Of a DNA stretch of 32,000 bases, positions 1 through 9,092 are shown in pieces; positions within the stretch are counted from its first letter, which is position 1, and each line of letters begins with the position of its first letter. Below the pieces are notes generated by a model. That model had not been told where the DNA came from. It ran no database searches and saw only the letters and a list, made by a program, of their open reading frames with translations. This stretch comes from Verrucomicrobiota bacterium (lineage in GTDB: Bacteria > Verrucomicrobiota > Verrucomicrobiia > Chthoniobacterales > UBA6821). The stretch spans positions 18,768 through 50,767 of the forward strand of contig WBXG01000004.1 of NCBI GenBank assembly GCA_008932965.1, read 5' to 3'. The translations under genes and the position numbers were made by a program.

Positions 1-1
1 T

Positions 2-196
2 CCCTTTGCAAGACTCCTCCATCATGAATCCCAAAGTCGCAAGAGTGATACTACTCCGGCCAAGAAAAAACGATTTCGTTCAGAAATAGAGACGATGCGT
101 ACTCGCTGGGGGTGGCTCTTAGATCACGATCCTGCCTACAATCCGAACCTAACGCTCGAGCATGAGAATTGGGGATTGGCCTGGCCACCACGGTGA
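2..196 (+). CDS. 3' end of a gene running in from the left edge (partial); C-terminal tail reminiscent of large family-2 glycosyltransferases
   Basis: The frame is open from nt 2 to TGA at 194-196 (...KKKRFRSEIETMRTRWGWLLDHDPAYNPNLTLEHENWGLAWPPR*). It is missing from the ORF track only because no start codon lies in the window. The functional guess rests on my recollection of a DP-x-YNPNL...PPR C-terminal motif in glycosyltransferases and is not verified. Confidence 0.4.
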   Translation, partial: PFARLLHHESQSRKSDTTPAKKKRFRSEIETMRTRWGWLLDHDPAYNPNLTLEHENWGLAWPPR

Positions 197-206
197 ATTC
201 ACTCAT

Positions 207-971
207 TCACTTTGTTTCAGGAACCAATGGCTGGAGTGCCGAGGTAGCAATCCAGCCTTTCTGGCCAGATTCCATCTTGACGTAGGACCAGACTCCATGA
301 CGTGATTGCAAGAGAAGGAGGGAGCCTGTGGGAATGGAAGCAAGAATCGGTCCATTTTCGACTGGATTGGAACGAAGCGGTGTTGTTGCTGGCCTCTCCT
401 CACGATGCTCTGGACTTGTTTTGAAATCGTATTTGGGAAGCACTATCACGATCTTGGCAGCCCTTGTTCGAGGATCGAGTGTTGTTCCTAAGAAAGCCAG
501 AGCACTTCCTAATAAAAAAATGAAGGAGAGAGAAAGCAAGAGAAAATAGGACCTCTTCTTAGAGGATTCTTGTGCTCCAAGATAGCGTGTAAAAAAAATC
601 CAGACTACTAGGAAAGAAGCACTCCATGCGAGGAGGGAGCCGATGATCACAAGAAAATCGGGAGAGCAGAGGGACACGAGTTTTGTTCTCCAGGTTGCTT
701 GAATTGGAATTCCCATTTTTCCAAGTAGTTCATTTAATTTTTCTCTAGCCTGAGAAAAATGAGGGTTGAGGACGAGTGCACGGCGTAAGGCTAAGGAGGC
801 ATCAGCAAGATCTCCTCGTGCTTCTGCTTCTAAACCATCGTTGTAGAAGTGCTCTGGAGAATTGATGATCTGTGGTCCCGATGTGGAGGGAGGGTTCGAT
901 GCATCAGCAGCACGGAGTGGAGTGATTCCGTAGCCAAATAAAGCTATTAAAAAAAAGAGAGACCATTTCAT
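207..971 (-). CDS. batE: BatE-like TPR/SH3b membrane protein, last gene of the aerotolerance-type operon
   Basis: 254-aa ORF with a signal peptide (MKWSLFFLIALFGYGITPLRA), a TPR-like segment (YNDGLEAEARGDLADASLALRRALVLNP), central TM helices and a C-terminal SH3b-like segment (VWSYVKMESGQKGWIATSAL). Its ATG overlaps the batD stop (ATGA at 968-971). Confidence 0.7.
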   Translation of the reverse strand: MKWSLFFLIALFGYGITPLRAADASNPPSTSGPQIINSPEHFYNDGLEAEARGDLADASLALRRALVLNPHFSQAREKLNELLGKMGIPIQATWRTKLVSLCSPDFLVIIGSLLAWSASFLVVWIFFTRYLGAQESSKKRSYFLLLSLSFIFLLGSALAFLGTTLDPRTRAAKIVIVLPKYDFKTSPEHREERPATTPLRSNPVENGPILASIPTGSLLLLQSRHGVWSYVKMESGQKGWIATSALQPLVPETK

Positions 972-2782
972 GAGTGATGACCATGTTGAAAAACATTCAA
1001 GATCTGTACTATTTTCTGCCGCTCTTGAGGACGCAGTACAGTTTCACGTGCCCCATAATTCATTTCATCACGACGCTTAAAGATTTCCTCTAACTCAGAA
1101 AATCGAGAGGGATCTTTTTTTAATAATTCCTCCGCATAGAGGACTGCTGTTTTATAAAAGAGATCGGGAGCAAGCTGATGGTCTTGAAGTTCAGACCACA
1201 TTTTTTTGAGGTGTTGTTGTAGCACTAATGATTCTCTTTTTTGATACCTCTGAAAGCCGAGATAAGCGCTCCATACAAGCAGGGCCAAGAAAAGAGCTCC
1301 TGTGGCTAGGAGGTATTCTTTACGCTGCAGAAGAGGCTGCCATGATCGTGGCGAGTAATCCTTCACCATTAAAGTCTGTGGTGCAGGAGGGATAACTGGT
1401 GGTGATGAAACTGGGGCAACAGCATTCATTGCCGATGAAGGAGTAGCTGCAGCAACTGCAGATGGAATGACTTTGAGTGGTTGTGGCTTTGTGCTCAGCG
1501 TTACATATTTTCCACTAGTGGGATTAAAATAGGAAAATAGCGAACCGGGAGTCGATGTTTTTGGCTCCTGAGCAATCATTGATATTTCAAAGGTTTTGAC
1601 TCCATGGAGGGAGCCTGGATCGGGAGCATCAACTCGATCTGTCGGAGGATATATTTTCCAACCATTGGTATCAGTGAGCTCTGGCATGCTAATAGCTTTT
1701 ACATTTCCATCTCCGTCGATGGTGATAGCCAGGGTTACTGGATCTCCGAGAGTATATTTTTTAGGTAATGCCATGGCATCGATATGGAATTCTCCTATAG
1801 CTCCCGAAAAATGATCAGGACGACCTTCACTTGGAAGCGATATTGCCTCCAAGGAAATTGTATTCGATTTTAATGTTAAGGAGTGCTGTTGCATCATTCC
1901 AGCATGCCCCATTAATTGAGCCACAATATCGGGAACGTCAGCAGGAGTTGATGCAGGAAGATCAATAGCAAGATCGAGCTTTGCAGGACCTACATTGATA
2001 GGACCTGGCTTTACAGCAGAAATGAATGTATGGAAAGTAGCAACATTGTAGAGAATTCCGTTCCGTTCTTCGGTGCTAGAGAGGGGGTCACTGAGGCGTT
2101 CTACTAAAAGGCCTTCATTACTAAAATCGATACCATGACGTGGAGAAGCATTGTAATGGGCATCGACATAAAAGCGAATTTCCGCTGGAACTACCTCTCC
2201 GACATAGAGCCTCTTTTTGGGAACAATAAGTTCACTAAAGGCAATTTGGTTATTGGATGAGGGCTTTGTGTTAGGTGTTGTCCGAACAGGAGGAAGAGTC
2301 GCGGCAGCACCCGGTGATAAGGGGGTTTGAATGCTGTTGTTCGAGGTAGTTGAAGATCCCTCAATGGTGAGCTGCTGAGGTGATGTCCGAAAATATTTTC
2401 CATCGGCACGTACTTGAATCGATGGAATCGTAAATGTTCCAGAGCGAAGCGGTATAATAATGTACGAGTAAAGTGAAGAAGAGCTCACTGCAAAGTTGAC
2501 TATTTGCACTTGCTTGGATTGACCTGCAAGGTTGATTTGAAGACCATCTACAGCGATTTTATGGGGGACATCTGCCTCTTGAGCCCCTGTGACTTTTAGG
2601 TCCATCTGAACCATCTCACCAGCAGCAGCACGATGACGGGATAATTCTGCTGAAACTTGAACCTCCGAAGCAGCGAAGAGAGAACTGATAAAGAACAAGA
2701 GGAATCCAAGAAAAAGGGGAAGGAAGGGCTGACGCAGCCTAGTAAAGAGCAATGAGTAACGGGTCATGGGTAAAAGGCACAT
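968..2782 (-). CDS. batD: BatD-like oxygen-tolerance protein (large extracytoplasmic beta-rich protein with a C-terminal TM anchor)
   Basis: 604-aa ORF with an N-terminal hydrophobic signal/anchor, a long beta-rich region, a late TM helix (LLATGALFLALLVWSAYLGF) and a helical tail. Size, topology and position after BatB/C match BatD. ATG at 2780-2782. Confidence 0.65.
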   Translation of the reverse strand: MCLLPMTRYSLLFTRLRQPFLPLFLGFLLFFISSLFAASEVQVSAELSRHRAAAGEMVQMDLKVTGAQEADVPHKIAVDGLQINLAGQSKQVQIVNFAVSSSSLYSYIIIPLRSGTFTIPSIQVRADGKYFRTSPQQLTIEGSSTTSNNSIQTPLSPGAAATLPPVRTTPNTKPSSNNQIAFSELIVPKKRLYVGEVVPAEIRFYVDAHYNASPRHGIDFSNEGLLVERLSDPLSSTEERNGILYNVATFHTFISAVKPGPINVGPAKLDLAIDLPASTPADVPDIVAQLMGHAGMMQQHSLTLKSNTISLEAISLPSEGRPDHFSGAIGEFHIDAMALPKKYTLGDPVTLAITIDGDGNVKAISMPELTDTNGWKIYPPTDRVDAPDPGSLHGVKTFEISMIAQEPKTSTPGSLFSYFNPTSGKYVTLSTKPQPLKVIPSAVAAATPSSAMNAVAPVSSPPVIPPAPQTLMVKDYSPRSWQPLLQRKEYLLATGALFLALLVWSAYLGFQRYQKRESLVLQQHLKKMWSELQDHQLAPDLFYKTAVLYAEELLKKDPSRFSELEEIFKRRDEMNYGARETVLRPQERQKIVQILNVFQHGHHS

Positions 2783-2850
2783 CGTTCGAATACTATTTTT
2801 TATAAATGGAAATGTTATGATTATTATACTTTAAAAGAATTCACAAACTT

Positions 2851-2903
2851 TACTCATCACTCATCACTCATTACTCATTACTCATTACTCATTACTCATC
2901 ACA
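2851..2903. repeat. Heptanucleotide microsatellite (TACTCAT/CACTCAT) x7 plus a partial unit
   Basis: Direct reading: tactcat cactcat cactcat tactcat tactcat tactcat tactcat cac. It lies in the 161-bp gap between the batB/C stop (2944) and the batD start (2782). On the coding strand it reads ATGAGT(A/G). Confidence 0.95.
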
Positions 2904-2943
2904 GATTAGGTAAATATGCTTTGTAATTTCCACTCATCCCCTT

Positions 2944-5148
2944 TTACCAATCCTTCATCGTTTCTTCTGTTTCTTTGCGGTGTTGAAATTGCACCTGCTG
3001 CTCTTCATCCTTCATCGATTGAAGAACCGCTTCTGCTTGAGCTCGAGACATCATTCCCCCCTCACCATCTTGCGAAGGGACTGCGGCAGCGGCTTTTTGT
3101 TCTCCTCCAGAGAGAGCCCCTTGCTTTTTCTCTTGAGGTGATGGTGCAGCTTTCTCATTTTCCGAGGCAGCATTATTGAGATTTCCAGAACCTGGACTAG
3201 GAGCAGACGGATTCTGATTCTTGTTTTGAGATTGCTGGTTAGAAGACTGTTGCTGAGGAGGTGTTGGAGATTCTTGTTCACCTGATTGAGGTTGCTGCTC
3301 TTGAGCGGGGGGAGGCGATGATTTTTTTTCTTTTTGCGAATCAGGAGTAGAGGCCTCATTTTTAGCATCACTAGGAGAGGGAGAAGGGGAGGCCTCAGGA
3401 TTGGAATTCCTATTAGGAGGGACCCCATTGGAATTTTTGGGGTCTGGCGAAGGGGACTCTTTTTTTGGATCTTGAGAGGAGGATTGATCTTGATCTCCCT
3501 TGTTTGAAGGATCCTGGGAAGAATTACTATTCTGCTGAGCATCTGATTTTTGTTGGTCTTGATTTTTTTGCTGCTGGTTTTGAGCATTGTTCCCTTGCCC
3601 ATTGTTGCTTGGATTTTGCTGTTGATTTTGATTGTTTTGGGGGTTCTGTTGTTGATTTTGATCCTTCTGAGGATTTTTTTTCTTTTCTTCTTCTTGTTTG
3701 TTAAAATCATCAATCATCTTTTTAACAATCGCTTGATTTTCTTGAGCCTGTTTGTTTTTAGGGTCTGCTTTGAGCACAGTGTCATAGTGTTCGAGTGCGC
3801 TCTTCCAATCTGAAAGTTTTTGAGCTCCGTCACTGATCCCTTCCCCCTCTCTCACAAGGGAGTTTGCTAGGTTGTAGGTAGCAGCTTGTTGAATTTTTGA
3901 AGAAGAGGAGGTCATTGCTCCTGTAAAATAATCGATCGCTTTTTTATAATTCCCTTCTTTGTAGGCAGCAGCACCGGCATCAAAACGGGCCTCATCCGAG
4001 GCGTTACCATGCTTGAGTTGCTGCTCAAAAGTGGTGAGTGCTGCTCCGTAGTTACCTTGGTTATAGTCATTTAATCCAGGTGTTGTTTTTCCTAATGCAG
4101 GAAATAAAAATAAAACTAGAATCGCAACACCACGTGGAAGGCGCCGTCTCTCATCAAGAAGCCACCAGAGCGTGAGCAGAGCAATGGCCATGCTCAAAGG
4201 CCACTCATAACGTTCAATCGGACGCCGGGTGATCTGTACTTTTCCATTAATTCCTGAGAGAGGAAGAATTCCTTTTTGAACAATGCTTCGTGCTGCATCA
4301 CTTCCGAAGGGCTCATAAAACCCACCTGTTAGGGAGGCAATCTCTTGTAACCGCTTCACATCAAGTTTTGAAAGGACCGGTTTTCCATGTTCGTCACGGA
4401 CAAAATCATTCTGATAATGCTCGTTAGAAATGGGAATTAAAGAACCGTCAGGAGAGCCGATCCCAATAGTAAAAATTTTAATACCTGCTTCTTTTGCTTC
4501 TTGTGCAGCTTCCATCGAATCTCCCGCAAGATCCTCTCCGTCGGTCATCAGGATGAGGGCACGTTCTGAACCCTCCCCTTTCCCAAGCGCAGTGATGGTA
4601 AGACGAATCGTTTCAGAAATATTAGTACCCCCTTTAGGAATAATATTCGTATCTAATTCATTGAGGGCATCACGAACGGCACCATGATCGAGTGTCATGG
4701 GAGCCTGTAAAAAAGGCTTTCCAGCAAAGGCAATGAGTCCGATACGATCCCCAGGAAGCAACTCTAGGACATCTTGTGCAAGAAGCTTTGCCCGAGCAAG
4801 TCGAGTAGGAGCGACATCGGTAGCTAACATGCTCCGTGATGTATCAATGGCGAGCATAATATCCCGACCGTGGCTCGGCGTAGCATGTTCCTCATAACCG
4901 AGACGCGGTTTTGCAAGTGCAATCAGTAAGAAGCCTATGGCAAGGAGAAGTAGTAGAGACCGTACTACTCGTTTAGTCATGCTCACACGACCTACAAGGG
5001 AGGAGCGTAACCTCACTGCGACTATTTTGGAAATAAGCTCTCCTCTCTTTCTCTGTGCATAGAAAAACAGCATCGCTAAGGGCACTAAAAAAAGAAGAGA
5101 CCACAACCACAAAGGATATTGAAAATGGAGCGTAGAATCAGATGGCAT
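2944..5148 (-). CDS. batB: BatB/BatC-like fusion: membrane-anchored von Willebrand factor A domain + TPR repeats + long Q/N/S/P-rich low-complexity tail
   Basis: 734-aa ORF with two N-terminal TM helices, a MIDAS motif (DIMLAIDTSRSM), LILMTDGED, a third TM, TPR repeats (YNQGNYGAALTTFEQQL..., AAAYKEGNYKKAIDYF..., ALEHYDTVLKADPKN), then ~200 aa of Q/N/S/P-rich sequence and a conserved-looking acidic C-terminus (MSRAQAEAVLQSMKDEEQ). Confidence 0.8.
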   Translation of the reverse strand: MPSDSTLHFQYPLWLWSLLFLVPLAMLFFYAQRKRGELISKIVAVRLRSSLVGRVSMTKRVVRSLLLLLAIGFLLIALAKPRLGYEEHATPSHGRDIMLAIDTSRSMLATDVAPTRLARAKLLAQDVLELLPGDRIGLIAFAGKPFLQAPMTLDHGAVRDALNELDTNIIPKGGTNISETIRLTITALGKGEGSERALILMTDGEDLAGDSMEAAQEAKEAGIKIFTIGIGSPDGSLIPISNEHYQNDFVRDEHGKPVLSKLDVKRLQEIASLTGGFYEPFGSDAARSIVQKGILPLSGINGKVQITRRPIERYEWPLSMAIALLTLWWLLDERRRLPRGVAILVLFLFPALGKTTPGLNDYNQGNYGAALTTFEQQLKHGNASDEARFDAGAAAYKEGNYKKAIDYFTGAMTSSSSKIQQAATYNLANSLVREGEGISDGAQKLSDWKSALEHYDTVLKADPKNKQAQENQAIVKKMIDDFNKQEEEKKKNPQKDQNQQQNPQNNQNQQQNPSNNGQGNNAQNQQQKNQDQQKSDAQQNSNSSQDPSNKGDQDQSSSQDPKKESPSPDPKNSNGVPPNRNSNPEASPSPSPSDAKNEASTPDSQKEKKSSPPPAQEQQPQSGEQESPTPPQQQSSNQQSQNKNQNPSAPSPGSGNLNNAASENEKAAPSPQEKKQGALSGGEQKAAAAVPSQDGEGGMMSRAQAEAVLQSMKDEEQQVQFQHRKETEETMKDW

Positions 5149-5160
5149 CGTGTTTAGAAA

Positions 5161-6201
5161 TTAGGGGATTTTTCTCCAGAGTGTTTGGGAGAGTAACGTT
5201 TCGATCACGAGTAAGAGGGAACCTAAAGCAATCAACCACAAGAAAAAATCCCGATGATTCACATTTTTTTCAATTTCGATTTTGGTTTTTTCTAACCGAT
5301 CAATTTCTTGGAAGGTTTTGTCTAACGAGGCAGAATCAGCAGCTCGGAAGTATTTTCCATCTCCAATTTTTGCAATCTCTGCCAATAGTTTTTCATCAAA
5401 ATCAAAAATGACCGTTTGATAGAATGTCCTTCCAAAACGATCCTGAACGGGAACAGAAACTGGTCCTGAACTGCCAGCTCCAATAGTATAGATGCGAATA
5501 CCAACGGCTTTGGCTGCCTCTGCTGCAGTCAAGGGCATGATTTTTCCAGCATTGTTGGCTCCATCGGTAAGGAGGAGAATGAGCTTGGTTTTAGCATTTC
5601 TATTTTTGAGGCGTGCAGCAGCAGATGCCAATGCCGAGCCGATAGCAGTTCCATCCTCCACGAGGCCGAGCTGAACACGATCCAGGTTATCAATGAGCCA
5701 TTCGTGATCCAGCGTGATTGGACTCACGAGATAGGGACGTCCTGCAAAGGCAATGATTCCAATACGATCATTGGGTCGTGCTTCAATAAATTGTTCTGTC
5801 ACCCGTTTTACTGCTTCAAGACGGCTCGCACGCTGATTTCCAATAGTATAATCCTCGGTGGACATCGAGCCAGAAACATCCAATACCAGCATAATGTCAA
5901 TCCCACTTGCTTTGACATGTTGAGTAGTTTGACCTAATTGAGGACGTGCTAGAGCCACAATAAAAAGCCCCATAGCAAGATAAAAAAAAGTGGCAAGAAA
6001 ACCTCCAGCACGGGCTCGCCGCTCCTTACCTAAATTTAGGAGCGGTTGTATTGAGGAAAAGAGCACCCCTGGAGTTCCTCCAAAACGGCCTTTCAGCCAT
6101 GCAAAAAGCGGTAGCACCAGTAATCCGAATAGAACCCATGGATGAGCAAAGGAGAATTCACCCCAGTGAGTATTAAAAAAGTGGTGCAGAAAAGAGGTCA
6201 T
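5161..6201 (-). CDS. batA: BatA-like membrane-anchored vWA domain protein
   Basis: 346-aa ORF with N-terminal TM helices, a MIDAS motif (DIMLVLDVSGSM), LILLLTDGANN and a C-terminal TM. Its ATG overlaps the upstream stop (ATGA at 6198-6201). Confidence 0.85.
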   Translation of the reverse strand: MTSFLHHFFNTHWGEFSFAHPWVLFGLLVLPLFAWLKGRFGGTPGVLFSSIQPLLNLGKERRARAGGFLATFFYLAMGLFIVALARPQLGQTTQHVKASGIDIMLVLDVSGSMSTEDYTIGNQRASRLEAVKRVTEQFIEARPNDRIGIIAFAGRPYLVSPITLDHEWLIDNLDRVQLGLVEDGTAIGSALASAAARLKNRNAKTKLILLLTDGANNAGKIMPLTAAEAAKAVGIRIYTIGAGSSGPVSVPVQDRFGRTFYQTVIFDFDEKLLAEIAKIGDGKYFRAADSASLDKTFQEIDRLEKTKIEIEKNVNHRDFFLWLIALGSLLLVIETLLSQTLWRKIP

Positions 6202-6845
6202 GATACGACCTCCTCTTCGGTTTTTGGAGCCTGTTCTACGATCTCTCCTCGAACAAACTCCTCGGCCGCTTCAATGAGGGAGAGCCGGTCGCTTTCGCTG
6301 GCTTCTCCATGAGCGAATTTTAAAAAATCAGAGCGTACCAAAAACGCCTCTAACGACTCTCTTTCCATAGGAGTAAAGCGATTGTGGTCACGTAGCGACA
6401 GGAGGAATTCCTCTGTTGTTTGGCGTGGAGCAGCTAACCCAAAAGCCGTCCCCAGATAGCCGCGCAGCAGTCCAGAAACAAAGATTCCAAAGCTATCATC
6501 ACTCCCTTCCATGAGGTTTTCTTTTATTTTAAGAAGGCTTTGCAAACAGGCCTCACGCGGAGTTAGAGGTGCTTTTTGACGTAATTTTCGAATTCCAAAA
6601 AAAAGGAGAAATAGAAACAGAATAAATACAACAAGGGTAAAAATTACCTGCATCGGAGTGTAGGCAAAAAAAGAAAAAGGGCCGACGATATCATGAAGTG
6701 GGGCTGGAGCGACCTGAGGCACTTGCGGAATCGATGCTCCCTGGAGCGCCTGCGGCAAGGAAGTGAGTGATGGCATACTTCCTAATGAGGGAGGAGGGAT
6801 CTGAGAATTTGTAGGAGCGATGACTGCTAGGAGAGGAATGTTCAT
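6198..6845 (-). CDS. DUF4381-like single-pass membrane protein typical of MoxR/Bat operons
   Basis: 215-aa ORF with a Pro-rich N-terminus, one TM helix (VIFTLVVFILFLFLLFFGI) followed by RKLRQK and a helical C-terminal domain. It is translationally coupled on both sides (ATGA overlaps at 6198 and 6842). Confidence 0.6.
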   Translation of the reverse strand: MNIPLLAVIAPTNSQIPPPSLGSMPSLTSLPQALQGASIPQVPQVAPAPLHDIVGPFSFFAYTPMQVIFTLVVFILFLFLLFFGIRKLRQKAPLTPREACLQSLLKIKENLMEGSDDSFGIFVSGLLRGYLGTAFGLAAPRQTTEEFLLSLRDHNRFTPMERESLEAFLVRSDFLKFAHGEASESDRLSLIEAAEEFVRGEIVEQAPKTEEEVVS

Positions 6846-7732
6846 CTTGTTTTACGGCGTTCGCGTGATGCAAAAAATGATCGTAGTGTAGGCAGGTAAT
6901 CCTCGTTTGTTCGCAAAGGAACCATATCAATACGGCGTGCTCCAAAGAGATGCAGGAGCTTGGAGGCATGACTCCTTGCTTCCTCTTGATATGCTTCACG
7001 AACTTTTTTTGAAGCAGTGTTGACTTCGATTTGAGCTCCTGTTTCAGGGTCCTCTAAGGTAATCACCCCCACATCAGGAAGCCTCTCCTCTACGGGATCA
7101 ATCATGGGAAGAGCAATAAGATCGTGGCGTTTTGAAGTCACGTTCAAGGGCCGAGAAAAATCGTGCTCATCTAAAAAATCTGAAATGACAAAGACAATGG
7201 CTTTGCGATGCATCACTCTATTGAGATAATCCAATGCCCCATGAATATTGGTCTTACATCCCTGAGGCTGAAAATAAAACATTTCACGCAGAAGCCTTAA
7301 ATGATGCATGCGTCCTTTTTTAGGAGGCAAGAAGAGTTCAATCTGATCGGAAAAAAGAAGTAATCCTACTTTGTCATTGTTGTAAAGAGCGCTCAAAGCA
7401 AGCACTGCTGCTACTTCCGCAGCCACTTCTCGTTTACTTTGCTCCACACTTCCAAAGTTTCCTGAAGCACTCACATCCAAAAGAATCATGACCGTTACTT
7501 CCCGCTCTTCTTTGAATTTTTTGATATGGAGGTCCCCAGTACGTGCACTCACATTCCAGTCAATCGAGCGAATTTCATCTCCTGCAGCGTACGGGCGCAC
7601 CTCTTCAAAATTCATACCCTGTCCTTTGAAGACACTTTGATATTGGCCTGCAAAGGAAGATTCTACCAAGCGCTTGGTTCGAAGCTCTAGTCGACGGATT
7701 TTACGCGTCATTTCTTGGGAGTCTTTCATCAC
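6842..7732 (-). CDS. DUF58 family protein (vWA-like, MoxR partner)
   Basis: The ORF carries the DUF58-type block RPYAAGDEIRSIDWNVSARTGDLHIKKFKEEREVTVMILLDVSAS. The track start at 7732 is GTG; the adjacent ATG at 7729 (MKDSQEM...) is equally possible. Confidence 0.85.
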   Translation of the reverse strand: MMKDSQEMTRKIRRLELRTKRLVESSFAGQYQSVFKGQGMNFEEVRPYAAGDEIRSIDWNVSARTGDLHIKKFKEEREVTVMILLDVSASGNFGSVEQSKREVAAEVAAVLALSALYNNDKVGLLLFSDQIELFLPPKKGRMHHLRLLREMFYFQPQGCKTNIHGALDYLNRVMHRKAIVFVISDFLDEHDFSRPLNVTSKRHDLIALPMIDPVEERLPDVGVITLEDPETGAQIEVNTASKKVREAYQEEARSHASKLLHLFGARRIDMVPLRTNEDYLPTLRSFFASRERRKTR

Positions 7733-7815
7733 ACTAATAAAAAATGATCATGAGAAGATTGAAATTTATTTTTCCTTAAAAAAGAGGAAGCAAGAAGAAT
7801 CGTGCTTCCCCGTGG

Positions 7816-8805
7816 CTAAGGAACAGGGAGCCCCTCAAAAATTCTCCCAATAACCTCCTCTGAGGTGATCGAATCTGCCTCTGCTTCGTAGCTTACGGCA
7901 ACACGATGGCGCAAGACATCAAGACCCACAGATTTCACATCATGAGGAGTGACATAACCACGACCATGGAGAAAAGCGTGGGCCTTGGCTGCAAGCGTAA
8001 GAAAGATGGTAGCACGCGGGGAGGCTCCATAACGAATCAACCCATCGAGTTTTAGCTTGTAGACCGCTGGCTCTCGTGTGGCCCAAACAAGATCCACGAT
8101 GTAATCTTTCACCTTTTCATCCACATAGATCTCATTGACCACATCCCTAGCTCGAAGAATTTGCTCTTTAGAAACGAGGCGCTCCACATGGAGTCGTGGA
8201 GAGGAGGTTGCCATGGCATCTAAAATCTGTCGCTCCTCTTTACGCGTAGGATACCCAACCACAATCTTGAGCATGAAGCGGTCTAATTGAGCCTCTGGCA
8301 ATGGATAGGTCCCCTCTTGCTCTAAAGGATTTTGTGTGGCCAAGACAAGGAAGGGATCAGGGAGAGGGAAAGTCTCATCACTAATGGTCACATGCCTCTC
8401 TTGCATGGCTTCTAGCAAAGCGCTTTGCACCTTGGCTGGAGCCCGGTTGATTTCATCGGCCAAGATCAGATTGGCAAATAGAGGGCCTTTGCGTGTCGTA
8501 AAAACACTCTCTTTAGGATTGTAGATAAGCGTCCCAACAAGATCAGCTGGAAGAAGGTCTGGAGTGAATTGCAAACGTTGAAAGGAGGCATCAATACAGG
8601 AGGAGAGGGTTTTGACCGTTAATGTCTTAGCAAGGCCTGGAACACCTTCTAGTAACACATGCCCATTACTCAGCAAGCCGATCAGCAATCCTTGAACGAG
8701 CCCTTGCTGACCGATGACAACGCGACTGATTTCTTTTGTGAGTGGAGGCACCCAAGAGCCTGTTTCTTGGACCCGACGATCAAGTTCTTGAACAGAATGA
8801 TTCAT
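7816..8805 (-). CDS. moxR: MoxR-family AAA+ ATPase, first gene of the operon
   Basis: 329-aa ORF with Walker A (LLEGVPGLAKT), Walker B and sensor region (LILADEINRAPAKVQSALLEAMQE) and the typical MoxR C-terminal lid (ASPRATIFLTLAAKAHAFLHGRGYVTPHDV). Confidence 0.92.
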   Translation of the reverse strand: MNHSVQELDRRVQETGSWVPPLTKEISRVVIGQQGLVQGLLIGLLSNGHVLLEGVPGLAKTLTVKTLSSCIDASFQRLQFTPDLLPADLVGTLIYNPKESVFTTRKGPLFANLILADEINRAPAKVQSALLEAMQERHVTISDETFPLPDPFLVLATQNPLEQEGTYPLPEAQLDRFMLKIVVGYPTRKEERQILDAMATSSPRLHVERLVSKEQILRARDVVNEIYVDEKVKDYIVDLVWATREPAVYKLKLDGLIRYGASPRATIFLTLAAKAHAFLHGRGYVTPHDVKSVGLDVLRHRVAVSYEAEADSITSEEVIGRIFEGLPVP

Positions 8806-8908
8806 AGACTGGAATTTTAAATGAAGTTGGAAAAAAAGGATTTTATTGAATCGACACTAAAAATAAAGAAATGTTCAAAAAAAATTAAAAATTTTTTTCT
8901 ATTTCCTG

Positions 8909-9092
8909 CTAGCCCGGATATTTCATACTGATCGTGACGAGGAGGCAGCGAAGGCTGATGGGGCAAGGCGAGCGATGAAGTCTGACGACGGCTGTATGAG
9001 TACATACTGCCCGAGGAAGACTTCGAGATCAACGCAGCATCCATCTGACTTCCCGGTCTCCGTAGTAGATCAGAATGAAATATTTGGGCTAA
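8909..9092 (+). mobile_element. MITE-like palindromic element, copy 1 (type A), first unit of a tandem dimer
   Basis: Left end CTAGCCCGGATATTTCATACTGATC, right end GATCAGAATGAAATATTTGGGCTAA (reverse complement of the left end with 3 mismatches). Core GACGACGGCTGTATGAGTACATACTGCCCGAGGA. 184 bp including the flanking tetranucleotides. Confidence 0.9.

Noticed and set aside
2783-2800. A GTTCGAATA string resembling a tRNA T-loop
   Set aside because: No acceptor, D or anticodon stems can be drawn around it. No tRNA cloverleaf was found anywhere in the window by eye.
3051-3813. Three long ORFs (220 aa minus strand, 79 and 87 aa plus strand) overlapping the batB/C low-complexity region
   Set aside because: They are shadow frames of a repetitive Q/N/S/P-coding tract, with highly biased K/I/L or L/F composition. 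They lie entirely inside a well-supported CDS.
6691-6999. A 102-aa minus-strand ORF straddling the DUF58/DUF4381 junction
   Set aside because: It is out of frame with two translationally coupled, motif-supported genes that already account for the region.
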